Below, piece by piece: positions 36,314 through 46,202 of a DNA stretch of 64,000 bases. Below the pieces are notes generated by a model that did not search any database, had not been told where the DNA came from, and saw only the letters and a list, made by a program, of their open reading frames with translations. Positions within the stretch are counted from its first letter, which is position 1; each line of letters starts with the position of its first letter. The position numbers were made by a program, and so were the translations under genes. The stretch covers positions 11,173 to 75,172 of the IMG/VR virus record IMGVR_UViG_3300046740_000358. One strand, written 5' to 3'. The stretch comes from a virus.

Positions 36314-36638
36314 CGCCGTTCGCCCGGCACATCGCCTCGACGCTCGGGTAGAGCGCGTGCCCCCCGTCGCTCACCACCTCCAGCGCGGCGGCCGCCTCCC
36401 CGTCCGTGAGCACCTTCATCCGCAGGGCGATCGACGGCAGCCCGCGCGCCCTCTGGTCCAGCAGCCATCCCGCGCAGAACCCGCGCTCGGCGTCGGGCAA
36501 CCCGCCTTGCTTGTGGCAAGCGTAGGTGGCTACGATCTGGTCGGCCTCGGTCTCCAGCAGGCGTTCGAATTCCTCCCGGTCCCACAACTTCCTCGGCGCG
36601 TCCTTGCGGTACGGGCAGTTCTCACAGGGGGTCTTCAT
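36264..36638 (-). CDS. DUF6283-like Cys/His protein
   Basis: PCENCPYRKD..W..EEF..L..ACHK..CAGWL. Confidence 0.65.
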   Translation of the reverse strand: MKTPCENCPYRKDAPRKLWDREEFERLLETEADQIVATYACHKQGGLPDAERGFCAGWLLDQRARGLPSIALRMKVLTDGEAAAALEVVSDGGHALYPSVEAMCRANGVSAKRGRAARTTPPRT

Positions 36639-36646
36639 GTGGGCTC

Positions 36647-37033
36647 TCACGGTGCGGGCTCCACGTAGGGCTCGTCGAAGTCGAGCCAAGTATCAGCGCC
36701 TGCCGCAATGCTGACCACCCCGATACCGTGGGCCGCGCAGAAGGCATCAGCCGCTTGCAGGATGGCCGACCGTCTCTCCTGCGCTCTGTAGCCGTATCGG
36801 TAGCCTGCCTCGGCCGCCATCAGCACCAAGTCGATGGTGTTGGTTTCCCGGTCCGTGGTCCAGCAGCGCCGGCACAGCCGAGGGCGTTCGGTCACCCGGA
36901 TCGGGATGCCGCACGCCCTGCAGGTCCCGTTCGGCGTGTTCGCCTTCACCTCGGCCCACGCCAAGCGCTCGTCCTTCAGCTTGGCGCGCGCGGCCGCCCT
37001 CTCCTGGCAGTGGGGGCACTTGGGGCAACTCAT
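36647..37033 (-). CDS. Zn-finger hypothetical protein
   Basis: CPKCPHC, CRACG and LCRRC. Confidence 0.55.
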   Translation of the reverse strand: MSCPKCPHCQERAAARAKLKDERLAWAEVKANTPNGTCRACGIPIRVTERPRLCRRCWTTDRETNTIDLVLMAAEAGYRYGYRAQERRSAILQAADAFCAAHGIGVVSIAAGADTWLDFDEPYVEPAP

Positions 37034-37036
37034 GGC

Positions 37037-37786
37037 TCAGAACCGATCCGGCTCGAGGGCAGCGGGCTCCGCCTCGCCCGGCGATTGCTCCCCGGGCAAG
37101 TCCGGCATGCTCGGGTCCACCTCCCGCACCAGCGCCGCGATCCCCTTGGTGACCGCCTCGTCAGCCCCGGCCGACTGGGCCAGCGTCTGCGCGATCCTCG
37201 TCACGCAGTAGGCGTTCGCGTGGTACCCCCGGCGTGTGAACTTCAGCAGGCGCAGCATGGTGCCGCCGGCGGTGTTGCCGGCAGGCGCCATGAAGCGCAG
37301 CCGCTTGGCCGCCATGTCGACGTAGAAGCGCGGGTCGCAGACCGAGAGCCACTGCCCTGCGGCGGCGTCGCACCAGATGGCGGCGCGCGCGATCGTGAAG
37401 TCGAACGATTCGATCAACTTCCTCGGGTCGTCGAACGTCCACTTCGTGATGAACTGGATCATCAGTTCGCCGCGGGCGGTGAGGGAGATCGCGTTGTCGG
37501 TCTCGGTCCGTCGGTACTCGATAGGCCGCGCCTCGTCCTCGAGCGCGGTGCACACCAGCTTTCCAGCCATCACGGTGGCGGCGACCTCATTCGCGCAGAA
37601 CACGTCGACGTCGGAGGGCTTCTCGTTCGCGATCACCGTGCGGATGAACCCGCCGGCCACCACCAGCGGGGTGGTGCGGTTCTTGTCGGTCATCATCCAG
37701 CGCAACTTCGACGGCAGGCGGCGCGCGATGCGCTCCACGTCGTCGGGGTCAAGTTCGGTCGTTTCCATCGTCGCCCTTTCGCTCAT
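37037..37786 (-). CDS. nucleotidyltransferase (CCA/poly(A) polymerase head-like)
   Basis: VVAGGFIR..PSDVDVF, FDFTI and RLLKFTRRGY. Confidence 0.75.
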   Translation of the reverse strand: MSERATMETTELDPDDVERIARRLPSKLRWMMTDKNRTTPLVVAGGFIRTVIANEKPSDVDVFCANEVAATVMAGKLVCTALEDEARPIEYRRTETDNAISLTARGELMIQFITKWTFDDPRKLIESFDFTIARAAIWCDAAAGQWLSVCDPRFYVDMAAKRLRFMAPAGNTAGGTMLRLLKFTRRGYHANAYCVTRIAQTLAQSAGADEAVTKGIAALVREVDPSMPDLPGEQSPGEAEPAALEPDRF

Positions 37787-38244
37787 GGTCCCTCGATCTC
37801 CCCTCGGTACGTCCACAGCCCGAGCTGCCCGCGGACTGGAATCGGCGTCTTGAACAGCCGGGGTTTGGCCAACTCCCAAGCGAACCGGCCTAGCGTGAAG
37901 TCTCCCCACCCGAGGTGGTCTGTCCACTTGATGGCGCCGGCGGGTCGGCAGGCCACGAGGTCGACCGCGCCGAGGATGCAGCCCAGTCCCAGGGATTCGT
38001 TCTCGGTGAGTTCGCGGAACCTGCGCGCCAGCGCCGAGTCGTTTGTCCCCGTGTCTATCGCGGCGAACGGCGCGCCGTTGCGGACGCCATTCCGGATGAC
38101 CGAGAAGTCCACCGCCTTCCCCGCGTGGATCAGCAGCGGGCCGCGGTACTTCGTTGGCCAGGACCGCGTCTCGAAGCGCTTCAGCCCGGCGAAGATGGCG
38201 GCCACGTGGGGTTGCTTGATCGTGATGGTCTTGTGTTCGGTCAT
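37783..38244 (-). CDS. ASCH domain protein
   Basis: TIKQPHVAAIFAGLKRFETRSWPTKYRGPLLIHAG...PIPVRGQLGLW. Confidence 0.9.
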   Translation of the reverse strand: MTEHKTITIKQPHVAAIFAGLKRFETRSWPTKYRGPLLIHAGKAVDFSVIRNGVRNGAPFAAIDTGTNDSALARRFRELTENESLGLGCILGAVDLVACRPAGAIKWTDHLGWGDFTLGRFAWELAKPRLFKTPIPVRGQLGLWTYRGEIEGP

Positions 38245-39353
38245 CGGAACCTCCGGATCGTCCTGTCACGCCACACCTCCGGCTCGCGCTCCATCGCTTG
38301 GCCGCCGTACCGCGCCAGAAAGTCCGCCCGCCACGTTGCCCGCTTGCGCCGCGCCGCCGCTACGACGCGCCTATTCCAGGCCAGCGACAGGAGGGCGATA
38401 CCAGCCGTGAATGCCTCGTGGTGGGTGGCCAGCGCCATCCCGTGCGCGGCCAGCCACGCCAGTCCGTACAGTTCTGCCCCGACGATCGCCAAGCAGACGG
38501 CGAATCCGATCAGGAACAACCCGAGGCGTATCACCGCATCCTCGACATCTGGAGGCGGTATGCCTCCTCTTTCCATCCGTCGTCTGTGTCCACGTATCTC
38601 GGCGTCGGCCTGACCTTCGGCAGGACGGGGACCTCGGCCGTCACCTCGGCGCGCGGTTTGCGCTCGAGCTCGCGCGCCAGCAGGCCCATCACCCGTTCGA
38701 CCTCTTCGGGCGTCGCCTTGTACACCACCAAGGAGCGGCGGACCCAGTCCAGAGCCTTGTCACGCGCTCCGCACATCCACGCGGACTGAGTCCCCCACGT
38801 GACGTTGTAGCCGTTGCCGCCACCGGGGGAGCGCTCGATGACGATGACCACGGCCTGGGTCATCCGTGCACCAAGTTCGTCACGAGCGTATTCCAGTCGA
38901 GCCCCTGGTTGACGACCAACGCTTGAAACGCCGCCTCCCCGTAGGGCTCCGCGTGGCCATTGGCTGCGGCCTGGCGGTTTGCCGCCTCCATTCCTATCGC
39001 CTCGATCATTCCCGCTGCGGCCTGAGCGATGACCATCGCTGCCTTCTTCGCGTCGGGGCAATCCATCAGGCCACCATCCCCGCCGCCCGCGCGACCACCT
39101 GGGTTGCCAACTCCACGAGGTGCGCGCTCGCCTTCTGCAAGTCCTCGGCGGCGCACGAGATGCACAGCAGCCCCCCGCGCTTCGTCACCACCACCGCGAG
39201 TTCGTCGCAGCAGGCGCAGACGGCCGTCCCCTCGCGACAGCCAGCGTGGCACTCCTCGACGACCTCCTCCGTGTTCGGGTCTCCCGGGCCCAGGACGCCG
39301 ACGTCGAACACCACCTCCCCGCGTCCCTCACATTCGCTGCATTCAATCGGCAT
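38241..39353 (-). other. run of four small coupled hypothetical ORFs (about 38241-38576, 38531-38863, 38860-39066, 39066-39353)
   Basis: Overlapping start/stop junctions; one has a TM segment and one is Cys-rich. Confidence 0.55.
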
Positions 39354-39356
39354 GGC

Positions 39357-39611
39357 TCACCCCCTGACGTTCGTTACCCGCTTCATCGGCGCAGGCACCG
39401 GGCCGCGCTCCAAGCGCTCCCGGATCACCTCGGCCCGCGTGGTCTTGCGCCTCTCGGCGTCGGCGTCGATTTCCTCGAGGAGATCGCTCGACAGCCGCGT
39501 GTGGATCGGCGTCATCTTCGGCGTCTTCTCCCGCAGGAGTTCCGCCAGCGTGATTCCGCGTCGCCTCGCCTCGGCGGACAGCGCGGCATCCAGGTCGGTT
39601 GTCTTGCCCAT
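39357..39611 (-). CDS. CopG/RHH protein, possibly tandem RHH
   Basis: AEARRRGITLAELLR followed by IHTRLSSDLLEEIDADAERRKTTRAEVIRERL. Confidence 0.7.
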   Translation of the reverse strand: MGKTTDLDAALSAEARRRGITLAELLREKTPKMTPIHTRLSSDLLEEIDADAERRKTTRAEVIRERLERGPVPAPMKRVTNVRG

Positions 39612-39706
39612 GGCTACGTGCTCCCCGTGTTGTGCATCCCGTGTATCTATCACGACGATACCCGTCCTGCCAATACCGCCAAGAGGAGGGGCTTGGTGGC
39701 GGGCAT

Positions 39707-40272
39707 CTAGCGGTGTCCCCTGTCTGCCTGGATCTGACGCGCGGCTTTCGCGGCGGCTTCGCGCGCGTCGAACACGTCGACCTCACGCCCGGTGACCGTC
39801 GTGTGCAGGCCATTCGACCAGCGGACCCGCGCTCCCGCCTGGTCGACGGACACTACGACGCCGGAATCCGCGTCGTAGCCGTCGCCCACCCCTGGGCGAG
39901 TCGCGACCCAATTGCCAGCCTTGATCTCGATACCCGCGTGGTTGGTCATGGCTACGCGACCTCCGTGATTCTTGCGTGTTCGTTGCGGCAACGGATTCCG
40001 CCCGGTCCGACGCCGTGCTGCTGAATCGCCTCAATCGGCGAGAATGCGCAGCCTAGGCAAACGAACCTGTGATCGGATATCGCAACGGTCAACGCCGTCG
40101 TCTCGTGCTCACCGTTCTCGGAGCAGCAGCCCCGACGAAACACCCCCTGGGAGTCCTCTCCTACTCCACGCGATCCACAGTTGGTGCACGGCTCAGCGGC
40201 GAGCAACTGCACACCGGGGAGCAGAGGTCGCAGCGACAGGATGCCGATCAGGTCTCTATTCGAAGCGTTCAT
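39707..40272 (-). other. two small hypothetical ORFs (39707-39949 SH3-like; 39952-40272 Cys-rich)
   Basis: GGAGG and AAGGAG RBS before the ATGs. Confidence 0.5.
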
Positions 40273-40335
40273 GGTGGGTCTCCTTGTTTCCGTCGGGCTC
40301 AACCTCCCGACGCTTTGGGTTAGTTGGTTGTGGGA

Positions 40336-42279
40336 CTAGCCTCGGCCGTTGATTACGACCATGGCCACGCGAACGTCGGTGCCTTCGCTGCGAAACGATC
40401 CCGGGGGGAGTGGGCGGTACGAACCGCCGCACTCCTCAATCAGCGGCGCGAACGCCTCGCGACGCCCGGGCCCGTCGGCGCAGAGCGCGACCAGCCGGCC
40501 GTCGGGCTTGAGGAACGTATGCGCGTGAAGAATGTGCGCGATGTCCGCGCCCCGCACGAACGGGGGGTTCATGACGACCCGATCAAACCGTGCCAGCGCC
40601 ATGCCTCCGCCGGACACGCCGACGCTCGTGCTCAGGAAGTCCTCGACCACCACCGTTACGGCAAGGTGCCTCGGCAGCGCATGCGCAACGCTCGCGTTGA
40701 TCTCGACGGCTACCACCTCGGCGGCCTGCCCTCCGCCCGTGCGCGCTTGCTCGGCGTCGCCGATGGCCTCGAGGATTCGTCCCGTGCCCGCGCTGGGCTC
40801 GAGGACACGCATCCCCGGCCCGATGTCCGCGATCTCGACCATCCGCGCGGCCAGGGGGGCGGGGGTCGGGAACAACTGCGGCGCGCTGACCACCGTGACG
40901 CCGGCCTTCATGGACTGCTCGATGGCCTTGAACGGTGCGGCGGCGGCGTCCCGCTCGGCGCGGGCTGGCGCGGTCGCTGCGCGGTCTGCGGCGCGCTGTT
41001 CCAAGCGGGCCAACTCCTCGCGCGCCGCGCGGTCAACTTCACGCGCATGGTGATCGGCGCGCATCTTGGCTTCCTCGGCGCCCGGCTTGTCGTGCTTCTT
41101 TGAGTCGGTCAGATAGACGGCCGACTGCCCGTAGCCTACGCCGCTCACCTCAACGGCAGCGGCGCCACGCGCGGCCATGATGCGGCGCAAGGGGGAGTTG
41201 CAGACGATTCGGATCCGGTGCGTGCGGCACTCTGACAGCCGCGTGCCCTTGTAACTCGGGTCGACCTTGGCCAACTCCGCCTTGGTGACGCCGATCGCCG
41301 GCTCGCGGACAACGTCGCGGCCATACAGATACGCCACCTCGCCCGAGTAGTTGAGGATCGGCAGGTCTGACTTGGTCTTCGGCTTTGGGGGCGGCGTCCA
41401 CCCGGACTCCCCCAGCATGGTGCGCTCGTACGCGATGCGGTTCGTCAAGTGCTCGATCCACCGATTCGTGCTGGACTCCGGGTCCAGCGTTCGCCCAGCG
41501 TTCGCCAGCACGGAAGCGGCGGCCCACTTCTCGTCAACGATCCCGTCTTCCAGCGCCGACCACAGGCTCATGTCCCCTTCGTACTGCGATGCGGGGGGCT
41601 GGCGGGGGAACTCGGCCAGCGGAAAGCGTCGCGAGAAGTGGTTCATGTTTGCCAGCGCCAGCGCCTGGGCCTTGGTCAAGCCCTCTTGCGACCACGCCTT
41701 GACCGTCGCCTCGGCCTTGGCAATCGCTCGCTGGTACCCGCGGAGCTCGGCCTCGAGGGTCTTGATCCGCCGCGCCCGGACGGCCGGGAGTTCCTTGTAT
41801 TCGGCGTGCGCCAGCGCGGCGGCAGCTCGGCCCGTCCAGTAGGTCGACGTCTTCCACATCTTCACGGCCTTGGCCATGCCGCTCTGAATCCGTTCGGCGT
41901 CCTTCCGGGCCTTCCGCTCGGAGTGGTGACCGACAAGGATCGGCTGCCCGAACTCGAACCGCTTGGACACCTGTTCGACCTGGCGGCGGGCCCCGTCGGC
42001 ATCCGCCGCGCGGCGCTCGCTGTAGCCGTCGAACCGATCCGCGCGTGCCTCGGCTCGCTCGGCCAAAGTGGTGCTCTCGTCTTCGAGATCGTCTTGCCCC
42101 GACAGTTCGAGTGCCAGATCTTCGCGGGCGGGCGACCACACCGCATAGAAAACCTCCTGCTTGGGTGCCCACCCGTATCCCAGCGCCTTGACCCGCTGGT
42201 AGGTCTCGGTGTCGAGCTTCGCGCTGGCGCTGATTCGGATCTTGTCGTCGGCGGGGTCGTACGTTGCTGAAATGATCAT
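40336..42279 (-). CDS. DUF3560-domain protein fused to class I methyltransferase
   Basis: ATYDPADDKIR, FGQPILVGHHSERKARKD, then QLFPTP, VLEPSAGTG and VVMNPPF. Confidence 0.85.
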   Translation of the reverse strand: MIISATYDPADDKIRISASAKLDTETYQRVKALGYGWAPKQEVFYAVWSPAREDLALELSGQDDLEDESTTLAERAEARADRFDGYSERRAADADGARRQVEQVSKRFEFGQPILVGHHSERKARKDAERIQSGMAKAVKMWKTSTYWTGRAAAALAHAEYKELPAVRARRIKTLEAELRGYQRAIAKAEATVKAWSQEGLTKAQALALANMNHFSRRFPLAEFPRQPPASQYEGDMSLWSALEDGIVDEKWAAASVLANAGRTLDPESSTNRWIEHLTNRIAYERTMLGESGWTPPPKPKTKSDLPILNYSGEVAYLYGRDVVREPAIGVTKAELAKVDPSYKGTRLSECRTHRIRIVCNSPLRRIMAARGAAAVEVSGVGYGQSAVYLTDSKKHDKPGAEEAKMRADHHAREVDRAAREELARLEQRAADRAATAPARAERDAAAAPFKAIEQSMKAGVTVVSAPQLFPTPAPLAARMVEIADIGPGMRVLEPSAGTGRILEAIGDAEQARTGGGQAAEVVAVEINASVAHALPRHLAVTVVVEDFLSTSVGVSGGGMALARFDRVVMNPPFVRGADIAHILHAHTFLKPDGRLVALCADGPGRREAFAPLIEECGGSYRPLPPGSFRSEGTDVRVAMVVINGRG

Positions 42280-43330
42280 GAAAGCCTCGCGATCGTGAGA
42301 AACGCCGCCGCTGCGGCGTGGAGTCGTTGGTTGCTGTGCGGCTGCGGACAGAAAACATCGTGCCCGCCTGTCAACACCTGGATAACCTCCGTCGCGGCGG
42401 CGTGGTTCGCCTCCAAGGCTTCTCCTGCGATCTTCAATACCCACGCCTCAAGCTGCGCACGCGGCATCATGAAATCACCTCGGCTAGTTCTCGGCGCGCG
42501 TCATTGTGACACCGCTTCGAAGATCTCCAACAACTCGGCCCGCACCGCCTCCAGCCGTTGGAGCCGCGATCGGTGTTGGTCGCGCGCCATGGGGAACGCC
42601 GTGTCGCCGAGGGGGTAGTAGTCGCGCGCGTTCGGCGAGCACTCGGCCACCGCGTCGATCGCCAGCCGGACCGCGCCCTCGGCCTTCGCCAATTGCGATT
42701 CAAGCTCGTCGCGCGACGTGCCGTTGAGATGGACCATCGGCGCGATCCCGCCCACCGGCATTCCCGACCCGTCGACGACGTAATAGGTGTCTCCGGTTGA
42801 TGCCGCCATCCGCCCCGCCATCGCGCGAGCTTCTCCCAGATCCGTCGACTCGTGGACCGTCCTATCGCCGCGCTGGCGATTCCCGCGCTTCACGAAGTAT
42901 TCGCCCGTTAGCATTTCTCGACCTCCGAACACGTCGGACGGTGGAACCGCTCGCCGCCGCACTTCGTGCAGGCATAGCCGCCGACTACGCCGCAGATCGT
43001 GCAAGACCCCGTCTCGTCCACGCCACCCGCTACCGCGCAGTCCCCATCTGTGGTGTGCTGGACCGTCGCGGGGACCTCGGTGGTCGCCAATTGGTGACCG
43101 CACGCGCCGCATCGATAGCCGACGACGTGACAGATGTCTGCGCACGTTTCGGTTTCTTCGTAATCCCATTCCAACGGCTCGGCGCTATTCACCGTGATGT
43201 CCTGAGATGCGCCGATTAGTTGCTCCTCCACGAGATCTGATCCGATCACGTCGATGCCACACCCCGGGCACGTGTCCGGGAGTTCCATCTCCACCTCGGT
43301 AACGGTGACCTTGTCCATCTTGATCTTCAT
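42276..43330 (-). other. three small early-region ORFs (42276-42470, 42501-42914, 42908-43330 Cys-rich)
   Basis: RBS and coupled junctions; VHLNGTS...PNARDYY in the middle ORF. Confidence 0.55.
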
Positions 43331-43417
43331 GATCGGTGTCTCCTTAGTTCCTTTCGTGGTCTCGTCAGTACGCGCGTCACGCGCAGACCGGGGGCCTGCC
43401 CCTCCCGGTTTCGACCT

Positions 43418-44398
43418 TTACGCGGTTGCCCGCTGCTCTTCCTCTCCCTCGTCCGGCACCATCTCCACACAGTCGTACGGGTGATCGGCGTCCGGACTCG
43501 GATCCATCGCGTCGGCGTCCAGCGCTTTTTGAAGCGCGGCCCCGTCGATGAATTCCGCTTCAAAGATGTGAGTCACCTGGAACAGTTTGGCAATTTCCAA
43601 GTGAAACGCATTGTTACCAGGCGCCTTCTCCTTTCGCAGTAGCAGCACCACCCCCGACGCGCTTTTCGTGACGTTCACAACGTGCGCCGCTACATCCGCC
43701 AACGTCTGAGCCGTTCGGTAGCGCGTCCCGAACCGAGTCCGAAGCGAGTTTGACGACCAACCCTTGCGAGCTAGCGTGTTCGCCCGCGTATCCACGATCG
43801 CGGTGATGCCCAGCGCGGCAACGATCCGATCCAAGTGCTCGGGGAGCATCCCCTCATAGCCGATCGTGAAGACGGCCCGCGACAGACCGAAAAGCGGATC
43901 GGTCGGCGCGTCCTGCGGAACATCCGCCACAACAGCCGCGCGCGGTATCACCGCAAGCTCGGTTGACGGCTCGGCAACCACGTCGATCGCGCCCTTGCGC
44001 TTGCGCGATGCCTTTGTCGGCGTCTCGATCGGCACCACTTCCGGCCCAGACGTCGGCACCATGTCCGCCAGCGCGACCGGCGCCGATGCCTTGATCTCCC
44101 ACGTCCCGATCGCGTCCGGCGCATGTAGCGCGTCGCGCACCTCCGTCATCGTCGCTACGGCCTTTGACCCATCCGACATGACCCGCCAAACCACCTGCCC
44201 ACCGATCGGCGCCTTTAACCAGTCGAGCAATTCCTTACGCGCCCAGCCGAGACGCCGTGCCCGTGCCGTCATTGCCTCGTCCGTCTCGTTTTCCCCTCGG
44301 CGGAGATTGTCCACGCGGATCGTAGCTGTCATCCCATCGTCCAGCATTTCGTATGCCGCGACCGTCGGCGGACCCTGAACCTTCTTTGCTCGCTTCAT
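43418..44398 (-). CDS. hypothetical protein with degenerate DUF488-like C-terminus
   Basis: VFTIGYEG...ITAIVDTR...RKGWSSNSL. Confidence 0.6.
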   Translation of the reverse strand: MKRAKKVQGPPTVAAYEMLDDGMTATIRVDNLRRGENETDEAMTARARRLGWARKELLDWLKAPIGGQVVWRVMSDGSKAVATMTEVRDALHAPDAIGTWEIKASAPVALADMVPTSGPEVVPIETPTKASRKRKGAIDVVAEPSTELAVIPRAAVVADVPQDAPTDPLFGLSRAVFTIGYEGMLPEHLDRIVAALGITAIVDTRANTLARKGWSSNSLRTRFGTRYRTAQTLADVAAHVVNVTKSASGVVLLLRKEKAPGNNAFHLEIAKLFQVTHIFEAEFIDGAALQKALDADAMDPSPDADHPYDCVEMVPDEGEEEQRATA

Positions 44399-44418
44399 CT
44401 TGAATTCCCCTTTCTGTT

Positions 44419-45482
44419 TTACGGATATGTGTAGCCAAGTACCTTGCGGATCTGACGCTTGAACACCGCGCGTCGCGCGCTCGTCATTCCGTCGACGTTC
44501 GATCGTGCGGCGGCGAGCGCCTCTATCGCTGCGTCAATCTCGCGCGTCGCGCTAGAGCCGACCCACCTATTGCCGCCTCGGACGGCGGCGCGTGCGACGC
44601 GTATCGCATTGCGCGCATTTTTCAACCATTCGAGCGTTGCCTTTGTTGCGATCTTGTCCACGTCAGACCTCCACTTGCGCGTCGTGCGCGGCTAGAAATT
44701 GCTCCCAAAGTTGAAGCTTCAACTCGTGCCAGAAACCGAGAACGGCCTTCCGTGACAGCGCGCGGAGTCGGTTCGGATTCTTGCGGCAAGCCATGCCGCG
44801 CATCATTCGAACCACTGCGCGATACGAGAGACCCGTTCGGAATGCCGAGTATCCCGGCACCCCCCCTCCCCATTTCGCGTCCCTGTAAGCGTCTCGCTTG
44901 CTCACGGACCGCTTGCGTGCGCCCGTCATCGGCGGACCTTTCGCTTGTACGGTCCGACCATGACCCCCCCATCGACCCCCTCGCCCGTAACGGCGTCCAC
45001 TGCCGGAAAGTGCCGAATGTCCAGACACCCCGCCTCTGCTACGCGCTCTGAGAATGCGTTTCGCTCTGCGATCGTCGCAAATACCGCGTGATAGTCGGCC
45101 GGACCCATGTCTCCGCTATTCCACGACACCCCGAAACCGTTAGCCTCCGATGTCATCGGCGGACCTTCCCTTTGCACGCGGCGCAGAGCGATTCATCTAC
45201 CTCCGCCGCTTGCTTGCCGCACCCGTCGCAATCGTGAAACGGTTCACCCGTCCTTGCGTCAATCCCGCGTGCCGTCGCGAACGCCACGATCGCGCGGCGC
45301 AATCCCTTCGCCGTCCCACCTACGGACGGAAAGAGCACCCCAGCCTGCGCGGCGTATGCCCGCGCGCGACGCATTCCCTCGGCCCTCGACACGCCCTTGT
45401 CCATGCCCATCTCGCCCGTAGCGTGTTCGGTCCAAGAGAAAGCATCCTGCAAAACCAACCGGAGATTTGTCGTCGTCGCCAT
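44419..45482 (-). other. four small first-transcribed ORFs (44419-44661, 44663-44929, 44926-45156, 45153-45482)
   Basis: ATGA-coupled chain downstream of a near-consensus promoter. Confidence 0.55.
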
Positions 45483-45489
45483 GTAGAAG

Positions 45490-45517
45490 AGTATACAGAC
45501 GATATCGGCGCTATCAA
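45490..45517 (-). promoter_or_regulatory. near-consensus promoter TTGATA-N16-TATACT-N7-ATG with CGATATC boxes
   Basis: Read directly; CGATATC at 45500, 45530 and 45569. Confidence 0.65.
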
Positions 45518-45622
45518 TACCTCCTAGACCGATATCTATCTACAACGTCACTTTATGACGCCGTGCGCCGATATCGCTCTGAGCCCCTACAGAACGCGCC
45601 TAGACCCGCCGATGCCTCTCCT

Positions 45623-45772
45623 ATGCCCATGCCCCTCCCCGTCGTTTCCGTGCGCGTACGGCTCGCAACGTTGCTCACGTGCCGCGCCCTTGACCAACGT
45701 CTGCCTGCCGACGTGCGCGCGGCCTACCTGCGATCGGCGTGGCGCCTACTGCGCGACGTAGCTACCGAGTAG
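45623..45772 (+). CDS. small divergent ORF
   Basis: MPMPLPVVSVRVRLATLL...; weak support. Confidence 0.3.
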   Translation: MPMPLPVVSVRVRLATLLTCRALDQRLPADVRAAYLRSAWRLLRDVATE

Positions 45773-45794
45773 CCCGCCAGCGCGGCGCCTGCCG

Positions 45795-46190
45795 TCACGA
45801 CCGGAACGCGGGGGAGACCGCGAGCCAGTAGCCCTGGCCAGCGGGAGGGACCGTCTGCTGGTGGCCGGCGTTGTCCGTGATGACGAAACGGAGATCGTGG
45901 TTGCTCCCAGGAGGGACGACGGGCCCCCCGGTAGAAAGCCAGTCGATCCAGATGGTGCCGCGCTTCACTGTGGGCGAGGTCTGCCGGATGACCACGCCGC
46001 GGGTGACCTTGGGATCGGTTGTGACCCGGTTCTGGTACTCGACGACAACCGTCTTGAACGTCAGGTCGGCGTTCTGCAGGTTCATCGGCAGGCCGACGAT
46101 CGAAGGGGCCACGGGCGCGTCCAGGAGCACGATCTCCTCGAGGGGGCCGGTGTCGCCGGGGCCGAGGGCAATGTCGGGAACTGCGCTCAT
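45795..46190 (-). CDS. BppU-N-like virion adaptor protein
   Basis: IALGPGDTGP..LQNADLTF..GTIWIDW..DLRFVITD..QTVP; AGGAG RBS. Confidence 0.6.
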   Translation of the reverse strand: MSAVPDIALGPGDTGPLEEIVLLDAPVAPSIVGLPMNLQNADLTFKTVVVEYQNRVTTDPKVTRGVVIRQTSPTVKRGTIWIDWLSTGGPVVPPGSNHDLRFVITDNAGHQQTVPPAGQGYWLAVSPAFRS

Positions 46191-46202
46191 GTTGGTGTGC
46201 TC

